Positions 34,965 to 47,689 of a stretch of 64,000 nt of DNA are shown here, piece after piece. A model generated the notes under the pieces. That model had not been told where the DNA came from, ran no database searches, and was given only the letters and a program-made list of their open reading frames with translations. How positions within the stretch are numbered: the first letter of the stretch is position 1; every line of letters starts with the position of its first letter. The DNA lies in NCBI GenBank assembly GCA_000002445.1, contig CH464491.1, forward strand, positions 4,704,001-4,768,000, written 5' to 3'. Both the position numbers and the translations under genes were made by a program. This stretch comes from Trypanosoma brucei. Its lineage: Eukaryota.

Positions 34965-37544
34965 CAGACAAAAGGCGATCCGCTCATCAACAAGGGTTTT
35001 GTGGAGTGCTTATCTCTCTCCTTGAGATAGCCCGGCGCAGTTCCACTGTATCCCGCGCAACGACGGGCCGGGATTCTCTTCCACATCACTGGAAAGCGGC
35101 ACCTTAGTGCGGATGATACTGCTGATGGTACGCTGGCACGTGCCCAGGGACCGACAAATGAAAAACGGTGTCCCAGCAAGACGCTGCTGATCCCTGTGCT
35201 GTATGATGCCGTAGCCGGAGCACAGCAGTGTTCCCCATGAAAGGAATACTGCTGGCTCTAGGCTTCCCCAGATGATACGGGTTACTGGACCCTGGCACCA
35301 CGTTGAGGTGGCCGGCATCGCCAGGGGTATTAGTTCTTTAGCTCCGATCAATCGTGATGTCTTGGAGTCCGCGTCTTTGTTACAAGCTGCAGCGTCTCTA
35401 ATCCCTTTGACGTAGGCCCTTTCGGTGGTATGAGCTATGTTGTCTGGTTGAAAGCACCGAAGGTGATGCTGTCGGTGCCGGTCCGCTCTGGCCGCAGCCT
35501 TTGTTGTCTGATGTTGACGCCTGCATTGAACTCATTTTCCCTATCGCGATAAGTTTCATCTGCTGTTGTTTTATGCTGAAGGCGGCGTCGGGCGTGGTTT
35601 TTATGGTGTTAGTGCCTTTTAGCGCTAGAGTGCCCGATTTTAGCGTCGCGTCGACGGAGCTTTCCTGTTTTCAAAGTTCGGTTGTGTCAGGTGCGGCATC
35701 CGCGGTTATCGTGCAGCTACGGCTCGATGCTATTGCTTCGTTATTGCCTGTATTTGGCGAGGCGGCAGTTAATCCGGCTGCTGCTGGTTTTAGATTTTTT
35801 TTGCTAGCAGCGCCTGCAGCTGCCCTTTCCGGCGCCTTAGTGTTGTAGTGTTGGTTCGCAGCCGCTGACCGTACTCCTTAATTGATTGTATCTGCCATGC
35901 AAGTCGAACTGTTGTGAGTGCTGCTATCGCGTAATGTTGATTTTTAACTTTATCTTCTTTTAATTTACATGCCGCGAATGTATGGAATTTTATATTGCGA
36001 TGTAATTTAGTTCCCCTATTCTTCGCTGTTCTTATTGTGGTTTTGTAATTTCCTACTACATGCTCCAGATATTTATGCTCATGGCACGGCTATGTTATAG
36101 TTGCCTGGTCGTCGCTGCCAGTCACTTTGGTATGAGCTATTGCTACAGCTGCCACTACTTGAAGATACTTCTTTGTGTCTAGCAGCGTCATTTGTGCTTT
36201 TTCAAGCGGGGTTTCTTGGCTAACGACTTAAAAGAATGAGGAATAAAAGCTTGTGGGCGATTGGCTTGTTTTCACCAATGTTTATTACGTGAAACAGCTC
36301 GGTGATCTTCACTACAAAAACTGAAGATAGTTGAGACTGACATTTATCTTTCAATTTTAAATTCATGGGCATTTATAATACTCTAACGGATACAACATTT
36401 CACCTATAAAATTAGCAATTATTCTCCACATTCTCAACGCTCCTACTGCCAACAGAAGTCATTAAAAGCCTCTACATATCGCAAACATCACTTTTTTCTT
36501 GGCCAATGCTGCTAATGCGCGGCAAATGCCGCCGTCCATATGTGCTACCAATAGCATCACATCATCACAACTTGCTAGTGGCATTATTCCTATTTTGGAT
36601 CTCCTTCATAACCTGGATTATTTTACAGCGCCTGCTCCTTAGCGGCGGTAATCTTTGCGTAAATTATAATTTTATGCGCTCTTTATCGTTGCTTGATGCG
36701 CTGGGTTAACTGTTAACTAGCAAAAAGTCTTATGTGGTTTGTACTCTTCCTGATTGCAGTTCATCTTTCGTCACTATGTTAGTATGTAATTAGTGAAGTT
36801 GCCGAGCCGAGTCCCTCTACATAATGAATCGCATCCGATGAGCCACACATACGTCATTTTAAACAGTTTATCCGCGTCTATTCTTTTTAAATTTCCACGG
36901 TCATCCTTAGTAATTATAGTTTCAAAATGTTTGTTCAAACAATATCATATGTTTTCATAAAATATTGACCGATATGAATATGTCTTATGAAAAAGACACT
37001 TTAAATTTTTTCACGCTTATCCAATACCATCATCTCGCTCCTGTTTGTTCCTCTTGACAGTTGGACATTAGAATTCACCATCAGTTTACTAAACAGCCCC
37101 CAGCATCATATCAGCAATAACGTCTAAACATTTTTAAGTGAAACGTGGGTATCATTGGCCGCTTCGTTATTTTTTTGAGTGTGTGCTTCGCTATCTCACA
37201 TTCTTCCATGATATTCTGTATTTTTCTACTACTGTTTTTACTGCTTTTATCACTGCTTACGACGTAGTGTCTTTATTTGGTCTGTACACTAAACTCGGTG
37301 CTTCCTCTATTGTTCTTCATCATATCCTTTTGTATGATGATTTCCACAGATATACTTGCGTTTCTGTATGAAACTGTGCATTCTCCATCTCCTTCTTTTT
37401 ACTTTCTCTTTCTCTGTTTTTTTCCATTTCCTCGAAAAATATTCCTCATGTTTTCCAACTCCAACTTACTCGCCTATTCCCATTGTTTCTTTTCCATTGT
37501 TTTGAGTGAATCAAAATTGGCTCTCCATTTTATCATCACCGCCG

Positions 37545-37620
37545 CACTTATTATAATATTACTATTACTTTTATAATATCCTTAATAGTCGTTACTATTA
37601 CTATATTACTATTAAGAGTC
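37545..37620 (-). repeat. Degenerate 70-bp repeat (- orientation) with a TAATAG/AGTAAT-rich run
   Basis: TTATAATATTACTATTACTTTTATAATATCCTTAATAGTCGTTACTATTACTATATTACTATTAAGAGTCACCC is the reverse complement of a 70-bp-like unit. Confidence 0.5.
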
Positions 37621-37884
37621 ACCCAATCAACATAAAGTAAACAAAATAAACCAAATTAGAATAGTGCTCGTTTTTCACAAACTATCATCTTATTGTTTTA
37701 CACCAATAGGTTAATATCATACAGATTTGTTAAATAATTCTCAATTCGTAATATTTTCACCAATTTGTACATTTCCATGAAAAAGTCATATAATTTATCA
37801 TATTTTAGTATTTTTAGAAAATTCCCCGAAAATATCAATTTTCATAAACTTCATGAGATTGAGCCTAAATTTTTACAAGCCCAA

Positions 37885-39338
37885 TTACAGAATCAAAAAT
37901 GCAAGCAAAAGAGGAGCCTTGTTGATGATAAAAGAATTGCTTTCTGTGGTGTTTGTAGTTTTACCATCTTTCGCTGTTTCTTTTTCTGCTTCTTCAGCTA
38001 CTTTTTTAGCGGCTTCTGGGTTTAAGGTACACTTTGACCCCTCGGGATTTGTAGAAACAAAGTGACACCCTGATGTGTTTTTACAACCAGTTTCATTTTT
38101 TCGCCTACGTCATTGCAAATTTTATCTGGAGTTTTTGAGGATTTTTTGTTGATTTGCTTTTCTAATTGAGAAATTGTATCCTTTAACTTTTCCTGGTTCT
38201 TCTGTCGGTAATGGAGAAGGATGCTTATCAGATCAGGGAGTGCACTTACCTGGTCCAGCTTGATTGTTGGTGGAGTGCTGCTAGTAGGGTTGTATATGTC
38301 GGTTTGTGAGAATTTCTTTCCGTATTCAGGTTTTAATTCTTCGCCCTGTTTGTAGGCGGAAGCTATCGTTTGTGCAAGGTTGGGTACCTCCGTTAACTTG
38401 TCTGGTGTTTGGCCGAGGACGTAGATTCTATAGTATTTGGACATGTCTTCGTCGCTGCTAAGTGAAGTTGGGGTAGGTTCCGTGAATGCCGGTGGTGTTT
38501 GCTTCGCTTGCAGATATGCTGCGTGTGCACGCTGTAGAGCTTTGCTGACCGCTGCCCCCGGTTTGGGATTTTTTAGGTCAACTGTATTTAAGTCAGCTGC
38601 GGTATACTTGAAGAGACCTCGTGCGAATTCCGGGCTGACTGTTAGCGTTACCCCGGTACTACTGTCCAGCACCTTGTTGTCGTTCAGCCCTGTTGTAAGG
38701 ACGCACTCTACGCTGCCCCCTGTGCCTGCGGCGCCAGCTGCTGACTGAAATTCGGCGTAGCTATGTCCATCCGCCGTAAATTTTGTGTCGATCGTTGCGG
38801 TCGGTTTTAGGTCCTCTTCTGGGTCAACGCAGCCTGGAGCGTCCGTTTTGAGCGGTTGTGAGTTCGCCCGGTAGTTATTTGTGCCGGTTTTGGTAGCGAG
38901 GCAGCTATGTGTGCCTCCCGCCCCGAAAGCAGCGGCCATGTTTATGAATTCGCCTATCCTGCCGTCGAGCCTGGCGGCATCGGCTATGGCGGCTGCTAGT
39001 TTCCTGAAGCTGTCACCGCTTGCGCCTTGCAGTGCCTGCTTGGCTTTGTCTCCATAAAAAGTCATAAGGGCGATATCCTGCTTAGAGTACTGGCCGCATT
39101 GTGTTGCTTCTATGTATACGGCGGTGCGCAGTAAACGCTGCATGTAGAGGTCGGCTGTTAAGCTGGCTTGTTCGATGTTGTGCGCAGCTTTGGCTTTATT
39201 TTTCCGCATATCTACAGCTATTGAACATGTTCCTGTCCAGACTGAGCCCTTGATGGGCTTCGTAGTTGCGCCGGCGGCTGGGCTTGCTAATGCTATTATC
39301 GTTAGTAGAGCCCAGGTATTCCAGGTTGTGCCGTTCAT
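37885..39338 (-). pseudogene. VSG with one frameshift near 38060 in the C-terminal domain. It is otherwise complete.
   Basis: ORF 38022..39338 (-), 438 aa, starts MNGTTWNTWALLTIIALASPAAGATT and runs through the N- and C-domains. The canonical end is in the +1 frame: TSGCHFVSTNPEGSKCTLNPEAAKKVAEEAEKETAKDGKTTNTTESNSFIINKAPLLLAFLIL*. Confidence 0.8.
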
Positions 39339-39921
39339 TCTGTCAGCTGCTGCTTGTTTTTTCTTATAAATATGGGGAGAGCGGCTTGTTAGTGTGCGAT
39401 TCCCACCAATATACGGACACTACGCATTGTTTTAGGGAAATAATTCTGCTTTAAGTCTCTATGTGCATAGTGCATGGACCCGCTTCTGCTTCTGTAGTCT
39501 TCACTATTCCTTTTTGCAAGTTTGACGTCTGCTTATGACTCGAAACACTTGTTTCTCCTGTTGTCTGCAGTGAAAAAAAATATCGTTAGTGTCAAAATAA
39601 CAGTGCTCACGTTTTCACGTCGTTCAGGTTTCTCGATTTATCGCATCTAAGGTACCGTTTTGTCTTGCTGGTCCTCTATTTGGATTATTTCCTGCGGTTT
39701 CCCTTGTCTCATCGTTGTTTTTTATTTGAATATCGTCGAGATCTCGTTTTCGGTTGTTGATTGAAGACACATGCACACAAAAAGTAAATAAAAGTAAGAA
39801 TTCACCGCCTTTAATATCAGTTGTAGCTGAATTCAGCTTAACTACCAGTTCCGCTGTGTTTTTTGCTGCTTTTTTCCTACTGCGTATGTATAAACTTTGT
39901 TGTGGACTTTAAAGAACTGAT

Positions 39922-39922
<1 letters not shown>

Positions 39923-39993
<71 letters not shown>
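39923..39993. repeat. (GT)n dinucleotide microsatellite of about 35 units
   Basis: Uninterrupted GTGTGT... lies between GATG and AATTTCTGATG. Confidence 0.95.
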
Positions 39994-39996
<3 letters not shown>

Positions 39997-41389
39997 TTCT
40001 GATGTTTCAGCCTTAGTATGTTGAATAACCCTTTATAAGTTCCAGCAGTTTTATGTCTTTAAATCCAAAATTGTATTCAAAAATATGATTTTGTTGCACT
40101 TTTTATCTTATGTGTTTCAGATATGCTTCGATTTTTTTAACCTCTGCTTTCATCTTTTGCACTTTCCTTTCTTAAGTCAGCATGAAGAGACGCCGTTTCG
40201 CTGAGACCGTTTGTGGAATTTTAACTTCAAATATGATACATCGTCGTTTCATGAGGAATATTCCGCTGATAGCGTAAATTACCGCAACACAGACGCACAC
40301 ACATATACACATTCCCTTGCATTCTTGTCTATCGTAACCATTACTCATGTGCGGAGTTGTGGGTCCAAATATACTAAACCCTAGTCTGCATCGTTCGATT
40401 TGTCAATTAAGAAAGGAAGATAAGATTTATTGAAGTACCATAATGTCTATACAAAATCTCCGCTACTACCTCAGCCGTTACTGTTAACCACCTTCCTATA
40501 AACACGTGTTTCTTACAGTTTGAGTTGCAACTGTAGTTTGTTTAGTCGCTAGCTCGTCAAAAATTAAAGTTGGTAGTCTGTTTCTCTTCGTAGTTTGGCC
40601 ACGTATTCTATCTGTCGCTGCATACTGGTGTTATTGCTGCTATCTGCTCTCCTTAGAATTAAGCAACGCTGGTTCCAGGGATGTCTCTACTTTCTCAAAA
40701 AAAACAAGATTTTTTAGCTTAAAGCTTCTGAGTTTTGTGCGTTGTTACCGCTTAAACAGTAATTCCACAAAACGTTAAAAAAAAATAGAATAATTTTGGG
40801 AAATGATCTGCAAGACGTAGTGCCTGGTGTTGTGTGCTGCTCACGCTACAGATCTCGTAACTCTGCTGTTCTTCAGGATGTTAAGGTCTACAGCTAAGGT
40901 TCTTTTTCAACCTTATGAACCGCTAAACTATTAAAAAAACTAAAAAATGTTTCTAGCTAATAACTTTGCTACCGCTCAACGGTGTTGGCTCCACTATGAC
41001 TGGCAGTTCATAGACCACATTGTGATACAATAAAACTGTTACTATTGCCGGTGGCTCTTTTCCTGGTTTCATTCTTCCTTGACAGGCAACTCTCTATGGC
41101 AACCCACACGCTTCAGAAAAATCATTGACTAAAACTTTTAAAGTCATGTGGCTCTATTACTGCTGTTCTCCTAAATTTAAACAACCCCTGTGCCAACCAC
41201 TTGAAGCTCATGGCATTGATAGAATACTTTTTGCAGTTACTATTTCTTCCATAATCAGGTTGGCACTTGACATAGTTGTTTTACTCACCAACGATTAACA
41301 TAATTGAAGTTTCATCATTATTAGTTCCCTTGCGCCAATAACACTGTTTCAAGTGCTATTTCATTTTTATACTTAGTCTTAACTACCCT

Positions 41390-41490
41390 TATTATAATAT
41401 TAGTATATACACATTCACAACACTTTTTTATAATAATAATAATAATTTTTATTGCCACTCTTACTATTGTAATATTAACACTGACTAATA
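41390..41490 (-). repeat. 70-bp repeat (- orientation)
   Basis: TTATAATATTAGTATATACACATTCACAACACTTTTTTATAATAATAATAATAATTTTTATTGCCACTC is the reverse complement of ...GTGTTGTGAATGTGTATATACTAATATTATAA. Confidence 0.8.
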
Positions 41491-41726
41491 TCCATAAAGA
41501 AAGTAAACAAAATTATTATTTTTACAATAGCACTATCTTTTCTTACTCTATCTCTCCTTAACTTTACATCCATATGTCAGTATCATGCAGATTTTACAGA
41601 AATTTCTATATATTTTAAATTTAATTATTTTCACCAATTTGCAAATTTTAATCAACAAATGTCAAAATATAACAACTTTTAGCAGACTCTTTCAAAATAG
41701 AAACTTTCATAAATCCTCAAAATTCC

Positions 41727-43226
41727 TTAAAATTTTACTGAACTCACAAAAACACAAGGCATCAGAGCAAGTTTCTTATTTACAAAGAGACTAGAATCTT
41801 TGCAACTTTCACCCTTCCATTTGCAGCCATCTTTGCATTCTTTTTCCGGCTTTCCTGCACATCTCTCCTCTTTCTTATCTGCAGCTCCTTCTCCTGTTCC
41901 TGTTTTTGTGTTTTCTGATCCCTCTACTTTTGGATTGCATTTATTTTCTTTTTCATCATAGGTACATTTATCTGTTGGGCAAGTGGCATTTTTGCCGTGG
42001 TGTTTGTTGCAGGTATCCCTTGCCACCGTTGTGGATCCAGATGTTGTTCGCGGTTCGGAAGCTGTCGGCGGGTTCGCCGGGGTGATTATTGCGTGTACGT
42101 GGTCCGTTGCAGCCTCCGTTAGTTCTTTGAGTTGCTCTATCTGTGTTGCTTTTTGTATCGTTGCTGTGTCGCCTGCCTCGCGCTGCCTGAGCTCCTCCGA
42201 AACTGCTTGCAGTTTCGGGAGCCATTCCGCCTTTTCTAGTTTCGGAGTGCCTGACGTAGCTTGGGATTGGTATTTAATGCAGGCTCCGTTGTTTGATCCG
42301 TCGCATCAGGCATTGTCGTACTTGCCGACGTAAAGATCGTTGTTTTCGCCATAGATCGCTTGTAGAGCAGAGCTTATGGCGTTTTCAACTCCGGCTGCTG
42401 TTAGTTTGTTGTTTGTTTTCACTGGACACGCCTGCCTGAGCAGCGGCCACTTGGCTTGGAGTGGCATGCCGCCTGCTTCCCATGCGACGTTTCCCCCGGC
42501 TTTGGGTCCACAGGGTTGTATATTTCGCAGGGTATTCCTTGTCCCGCAGATACAGGCTACAATGGTCGCTATTGTTTTTATTGGGTTATGCGTGCCCGCC
42601 GTTTCGTCGCACACCGCTTGCCTGCCCGCCGCTGACCCTGAGTGCATTGCTTCGCCTCCCATGGAATTGTCATAGCTTGTTTTTCCTCCGTAGATTGCTT
42701 TTCGTATTTTAGTTTTTACCTGTTCGTCCGACAGGCGGTCTATTTTGTTGGCTCCAGCGGCTTTGGAAAGCTCGAAAATGGCGTCGACATATGCAGCGAC
42801 AGTTGGTCTGATTGCCGCTAGTTGCGCTGGGCTAGCGTCTTGTAGGTTATAGCGCTTGAGCACTGCCGGCTTAGCTTCGGAGTCTTTGAGCTTCAGCGCA
42901 GTATCGCTCCAGGTCTTCCATTTTGCTTTCCAGTCTTCGCTCTTTTCGCTTTGGGGAATCTCTGTTGCTTTGAACTTGTTGTTTGAATCTTGTTGTGTGA
43001 ATTTGGTTTGCCATTCGTCAGATGCAAGGGTCATGTTTAGTGTGTAGAGGTCGGTTACGTCTGGTAGCGTCGGTGTTGTGTCCGGGGCGATTGCCATGTC
43101 GCCATCTGCGAGTTGCAGCGCTGGGCACATCAGTGTCATGGCCGCCGCATTGTCGTCGTCGTTCGGTGCCGTCGCACTCGCTGATCCTATTACCAGCAAT
43201 GCTAAGGTGGTGATTGTTTTTATCAT
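41727..43226 (-). pseudogene. VSG (B-type) of 500 codons with a single in-frame TGA stop at 42306-42308. It is otherwise intact.
   Basis: ORF 42306..43226 (-) starts MIKTITTLALLVIGSASATAPNDDDNAAAMTLMCPALQLADG... and ORF 41727..42026 (-) ends ...CKDGCKWKGESCKDSSLFVNKKLALMPCVFVSSVKF. They are in the same frame, since 42308-42026=282. The stretch between them reads through as CDGSNNGACIKYQSQATSGTPKLEKAEWLPKLQAV... Confidence 0.8.
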
Positions 43227-43799
43227 GTCACTGACTTCTTTCTTTGCTTTACTAGCTTGAACAATACAAGTTGTATACTCAGTTGAGGTTTCTGTGGTCT
43301 GTTTTTACGTGCATTGGCGGTGCGTTATTCGCAGTGGGCACTTTTAAGGTTATTGGCATGATGGGGGTTGTGTGAGCTGCTCTGATACTCGTCTTTGGTG
43401 GCAGTACCGCGTTGCTTCACCGAGATTTTTTTGCAATTGCTGCTGTAGCGGTCTCTTCCTTGATGTATTCGCATTTATGTGGTCCTTTCCTATGTCTCCG
43501 TGCTTTGTTCTACTGTATTTTTCTGGTATTTGCTGTTTGGGTTGTTGTGCAAGCGGTTCGCAGCACTAAATCGTGTTAGGGTTATATCCTTCGTGGCTGG
43601 TATGCTGGCCAGTGTCTGCTGTATATGCTTCCGCAAATATGATGTGCATGCTACATCTACTGTTACAATTTTTGTGCTTTAAATAACATCCCTTCTTTAA
43701 GCGATTTTCCACATACACTTGCATATTCCAATGTCATTTTCTCCCCATCTAGTGCATGGGTTTGAATTCTACCCAAATATTTCGTACTAAATTTTCTTC

Positions 43800-44730
43800 T
43801 TTCTAACTCTTTATGTCATGTACGATTTTTCACAATCAATTTTACCTTCTCTCTTGCGCAATCGGTTTCCATTTAAATGAATGAATGGGGCTTCTCCAAT
43901 CACCCCACTGTCGGAATAAAAAAAGAACAGCTCTTCATAATCCAATCCAATCATTCCTCTCTTCAAAACAAATCTCTGTCCAACATCTTCTTCTTGTGTC
44001 ACACTCCAATTTAGAAACGGTTTGTAAATATTCTGCCCTGAAAATCATTCATCACTCATTTCAAGCATCCCATTAAACTATTTATCAAACTTATCAAATA
44101 CCCAAACCCTAGCTATTAAACCACCACCACTAAGATATGGGTTTGCAACTAGGAGATCATTTTGGTAAATGAGGTAATTTCTTATCCTCTTCTTTTATGT
44201 ATCCAACATTAAAAACCAATAGCATCTCTTCACATGCTCTTTTACAATATCTTCTTCGTTAAATTTATCTTTACTTTCTGCAGTATTCTGCATAAAATAT
44301 TCCACGGCACTCTAATACTTATTTCCATCACCAACAATAAAATCAGATCCATCTAAATGAATGACAATATCCTCATCACTTGCATTCTTTTTTCTAAAAA
44401 TTCTATAACCCATCTAATATTTTTAACATGGCTGTACAAACCTCCCATCGCAATTGTAATAATCTCAATATTACTTAGTTTTCCACTTAATATGAGTCTA
44501 TATCATCTCTGAGTTGCATGAGTTTGGACTACAACAGCAAACACTCTAGGCTTCTTAAGAACATTATGTGTTACACGTGCTGTTTTCTTATTTAATAGGT
44601 ACTGAGCTTGAAAATACTAAATAGAACAGTAACGGTAATCGTAAAGTTCTCAAGATACCGAATTCCATGACTTATTATACCTTACATTTGAGGGGGTTAT
44701 GGGAAAAATTTGAAAAGTTCAATAAATATG
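43800..44730 (-). repeat. Copy B of the ~0.95-kb VSG-upstream element (see 27780-28760)
   Basis: It is the reverse complement of copy A over about 900 nt. It lies between the 70-bp repeat at 45365-45470 and the VSG start at 43226. Confidence 0.7.
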
Positions 44731-45364
44731 ATCAATTGTAACATTATTGTGTCTATTTAAAGAATAAGTGTTTACATAAATAATCAATTTCTTGATACTC
44801 TTACGGTGTGACTTATGAATGGTGATTCCCAGTGAACACATCTTTTGTCTACATGCATCTACGGATTTAGTTTTAGTATATAGCTGTAGCAGTAACTTAG
44901 ACTGCACTCTACATGTGTGCCATAATTCCTTGCATTATTCACATTTATCCTCTATAAAGTGTTGTAAAAAATATTTTATTTAGTTGTACTATTGGGTTCG
45001 TAGATGCTAAGACTTTTATTACATTCCTATGACAGCTACCTAGATATTCGTTAAAGCCATAGAACCAGCATCACCGTGTCTGTGTGGAGTAATATAAGTG
45101 ATTCTTTGAACAACATTCCAACCCTATTTGTCTTGAACACCCGGTACTGTCTTCCACGCATCTTCATTTCAATCATTTCCTTGTGTTTAATTACATCTAT
45201 CATTACATTATGCTCGAAGCTGCACCTGTACCATCTTTCTCTCCCTCTGTCTTCTTCATTCAGCTACTGTTCACATTCCTTACTTACTCTCGTCGCAGCT
45301 TTGCACCTTCGCAACTAACTTACTTGCTTTTATTTAACCTTTCCATTCCATCTTCATCACCTCT

Positions 45365-45470
45365 CCCATTATAATATTAGTATATACACACTGACAATAC
45401 TTTCTTATCATTATTATTACTATTATTATTATTATTATTAAGATTATAACCATAACTAATAAGAATAGCA
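45365..45470 (-). repeat. 70-bp repeat (- orientation) with a (TAA)n run
   Basis: CCATTATAATATTAGTATATACACACTGACAATACTTTCTTATCATTATTATTACTATTATTATTATTATTATTAAG. Confidence 0.8.
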
Positions 45471-45574
45471 CTCACATTTAATATTTTATTGTCTTACTAC
45501 TTACACCCACAGACCACGGTCATACAAAAATTTTATATTTTTGTGTTTTCACATTTCTGAAAGGTTTTACAAAA

Positions 45575-45590
45575 GTGTTAAAATATATCA
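45575..45590 (-). promoter_or_regulatory. Perfect VSG 3'UTR 16-mer TGATATATTTTAACAC
   Basis: The + strand reads GTGTTAAAATATATCA. It lies about 60-100 nt downstream of the VSG pseudogene end on the - strand. Confidence 0.7.
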
Positions 45591-45639
45591 ATTTTTAGAA
45601 ATTTAATGAACTTCATAAAATTTAGCAAAAATAATGTAA

Positions 45640-47194
45640 AGGGTCAAAAATTAGAAGGCTGAAATGCTACAAAATTCACAAAGGAGGCAGCCATCAGAGC
45701 CAATTTCTTTTTTACGAGAAAGTTGGAATCCGTGCACTTGCCTGATATCTATCCACAAACAGCTTTCTTTCCTGGCGGAATATCGCCTTTCACTTTGGCG
45801 CATTCCTCAGAGGTTTTGGCCGCACCACACTTATCTGTTCCTGCTCCTCCATCTCCTGTTCCTGCTGCTGAGTTTTCTTTTCCAGGCTTAGGTTTGCATT
45901 CCTGTGTTTGCGTGTTGTAGTTGCAGAGGTCTGGTGGGCAGTCTGCAGCGGTGGAGTTTTTCATGGGACACTGGTTGTTCTTATTGTTTTCTCCGTAACT
46001 CGTGGTCGATTTCTGTTGTCTAATGACCGCCGGCGCTGCTTTTTGTAAGAGATTTTGGCTGGCTAGCCTGTAGACAAGGTCGGCTTGGGTCTCTAATGAT
46101 GCGATCTGTTGGCCTATCGTCGCTGCCCGCTGGGCTGCCTCTGCCTGTTCTTTCAATTTACTGCTTGCTGTATAAAGGTGCTTGACCCATGTGATTCCCT
46201 TGATTCCGGTTCCCGTTGCCTTCACAAAGTGATTGCTGTAATCTATGCAAAGCTTGCTGGAAGTGCCGTAACAGTTGTAGTCGTTGCTTTCACCCAACCT
46301 TACTTTGGTTTGTGCACCGTTTGTCTTGCGCTGCAGCGTTGACGCAAAGGCATGGAGCGCTGCTGCTATATTTTCTTGTGTGACCCCGGGCTTTTCCTGT
46401 GTCTGTCAGGTCGCTGTGAGCGCCGCCCACTTGGTTGCTGTTTGCGACACGCCTGCACTCCAGTCGGCCTGTGTATAGTCTCCTGGACAATTGTTGTTTC
46501 CTCCGTCGGCGCCGTTACAGAGGCACAAAAAATCGCCTGCGATCGACGTCCCGGCGTTTGCTGTGCTGCACGTCGTCGCCCACCGTCCGGCCCCTTTAAG
46601 TGTGTTGCCGGTGTCGACGGCCGTGACGCCGCCGCTGCCGCCATACAGAGCTGCGTTGAGCTCGCTTTGGATTTGCTGCGGTAGCGTTTCGGTCGCTTGT
46701 GTCTTGGCGATGTTATACTCGGCTTGCAGCGCCTGTGCTTGCGTCGTTGCTTGTTCAATGACTGCATGCGCTGCTTGTCGCTGATATTCGTCCTGTATGC
46801 CTTTGTACTTTCCATGTTCCTTGGTTCCTAGCTTGTTTTTAGACGCGGATTTTGCTGCCGTCCACCAACTTTTCCAGGCCTTGCGCCACTGCTCGGCGTG
46901 CGGTGATGCGTCGTGTTCTTTTGGCATCTGTTCTCCGGCAGGTGCTTCCAGTGCTGTGTTGAAAATCGCTTTCCATTTATCATCGCTTGTTGATAAGTTT
47001 AGTTCTTCCAACATTTGCAGGGTATTTCCTTTGTCAGGTTCGATTTTTATTGCTGGTGCTTGTGATGCTGCTAGCGCCTGGAGGTGGCACATTACCCCAT
47101 GCTCTTTTGCGTTGCCATCTGCTGTTCCTGAGCTTTGCTTGATGGTCGCTGCAAAGGCTGCCAGGAATGCGATAACATAGGACACATAAGCCAT
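45640..47194 (-). pseudogene. VSG pseudogene. The signal peptide is present. There are frameshifts around 46300-46400 and in the GPI-signal region.
   Basis: ORF 46406..47278 (-) contains MAYVSYVIAFLAAFAATIKQSSG... and ORF 45749..46297 (-) contains ...GITWVKHLYTASSKLKEQ...CPPDLCNYNTQTQECKPKPGKE...TDKCGAAKTSEECAKVKGDIPPGKKAVCGW. The tail reads ISGKCTDSNFLVKKKLALMAASFVNFVAF. Confidence 0.75.
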
Positions 47195-47689
47195 GACAGG
47201 CGGGTGATTATAAGTGAATAAGTATATTAAAAACGCTAGGGGCCTATTATAAACCATTCTTGGAAGGAAAGAAGACATCCAAGAAAATACGGACTATGAT
47301 TTGCGTTTACTAAAGGTTTTGTAATATTAATAAGTGAATAGAGGTGTACCGCCAGAGGAGTTGCGCTAACAGCTGCTTTTATCCTGCTGTTGACGCTTAA
47401 TCGTTTGCGGTGGTATGGTGGTTGCGAGCATTTGCTGTGTTACGCCTATTCCATGTTGTTTTTAAAAAACAAACAAAGAAAATAGCTTATTTTATAGCTT
47501 TAATCAATATCGATTCTTCTTGGACTCTGCTGCATATAACCTTATATTCAATATTCTGTCGAAACCACGTGCTCGCAAAAGTTAATATCTTTGGTGGGTG
47601 CTTTATGTCTGAACACCCTGGCCGAATATCTTTGTACCAGAGCAACTTCCTCAAAATCACCTTTGATTTCTCTGCCAACGCAAATGATT

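Larger units (their letters stand above)
30178..35326 (-). mobile_element. ingi non-LTR (LINE-like) retrotransposon, about 5.15 kb and degenerate. The single ORF is broken into at least four pieces.
   Basis: On the - strand the 5' end reads CCCTGGCGATGCCGGCCACCTCAACGTGGTGCCAGGGTCCAG (Pr77-like). The ORF start is MPATSTWCQGPV...DVEENPGPSLRGIQWNCAGLS (2A-like peptide). An AP-endonuclease-like segment is at 34164..34964. An RT segment with the FFADDLTLLA motif is at 32835..33944. RNase H (WTDGS) and C2H2 fingers (CDLCEASFGTRSSLSLHKKFKHK) are at 30687..32639. The 3' end reads ...CACGAAGGCACGAAGAAAATTCCAAAAAA. Confidence 0.85.

Noticed and set aside
35327..37545. Possible continuation of the truncated + strand VSG, or a - strand VSG, on the right side of the ingi
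   Set aside because: Translating all six frames gives no VSG N- or C-domain text, no Cys pattern and no GPI tail. I treated it as unassigned spacer.
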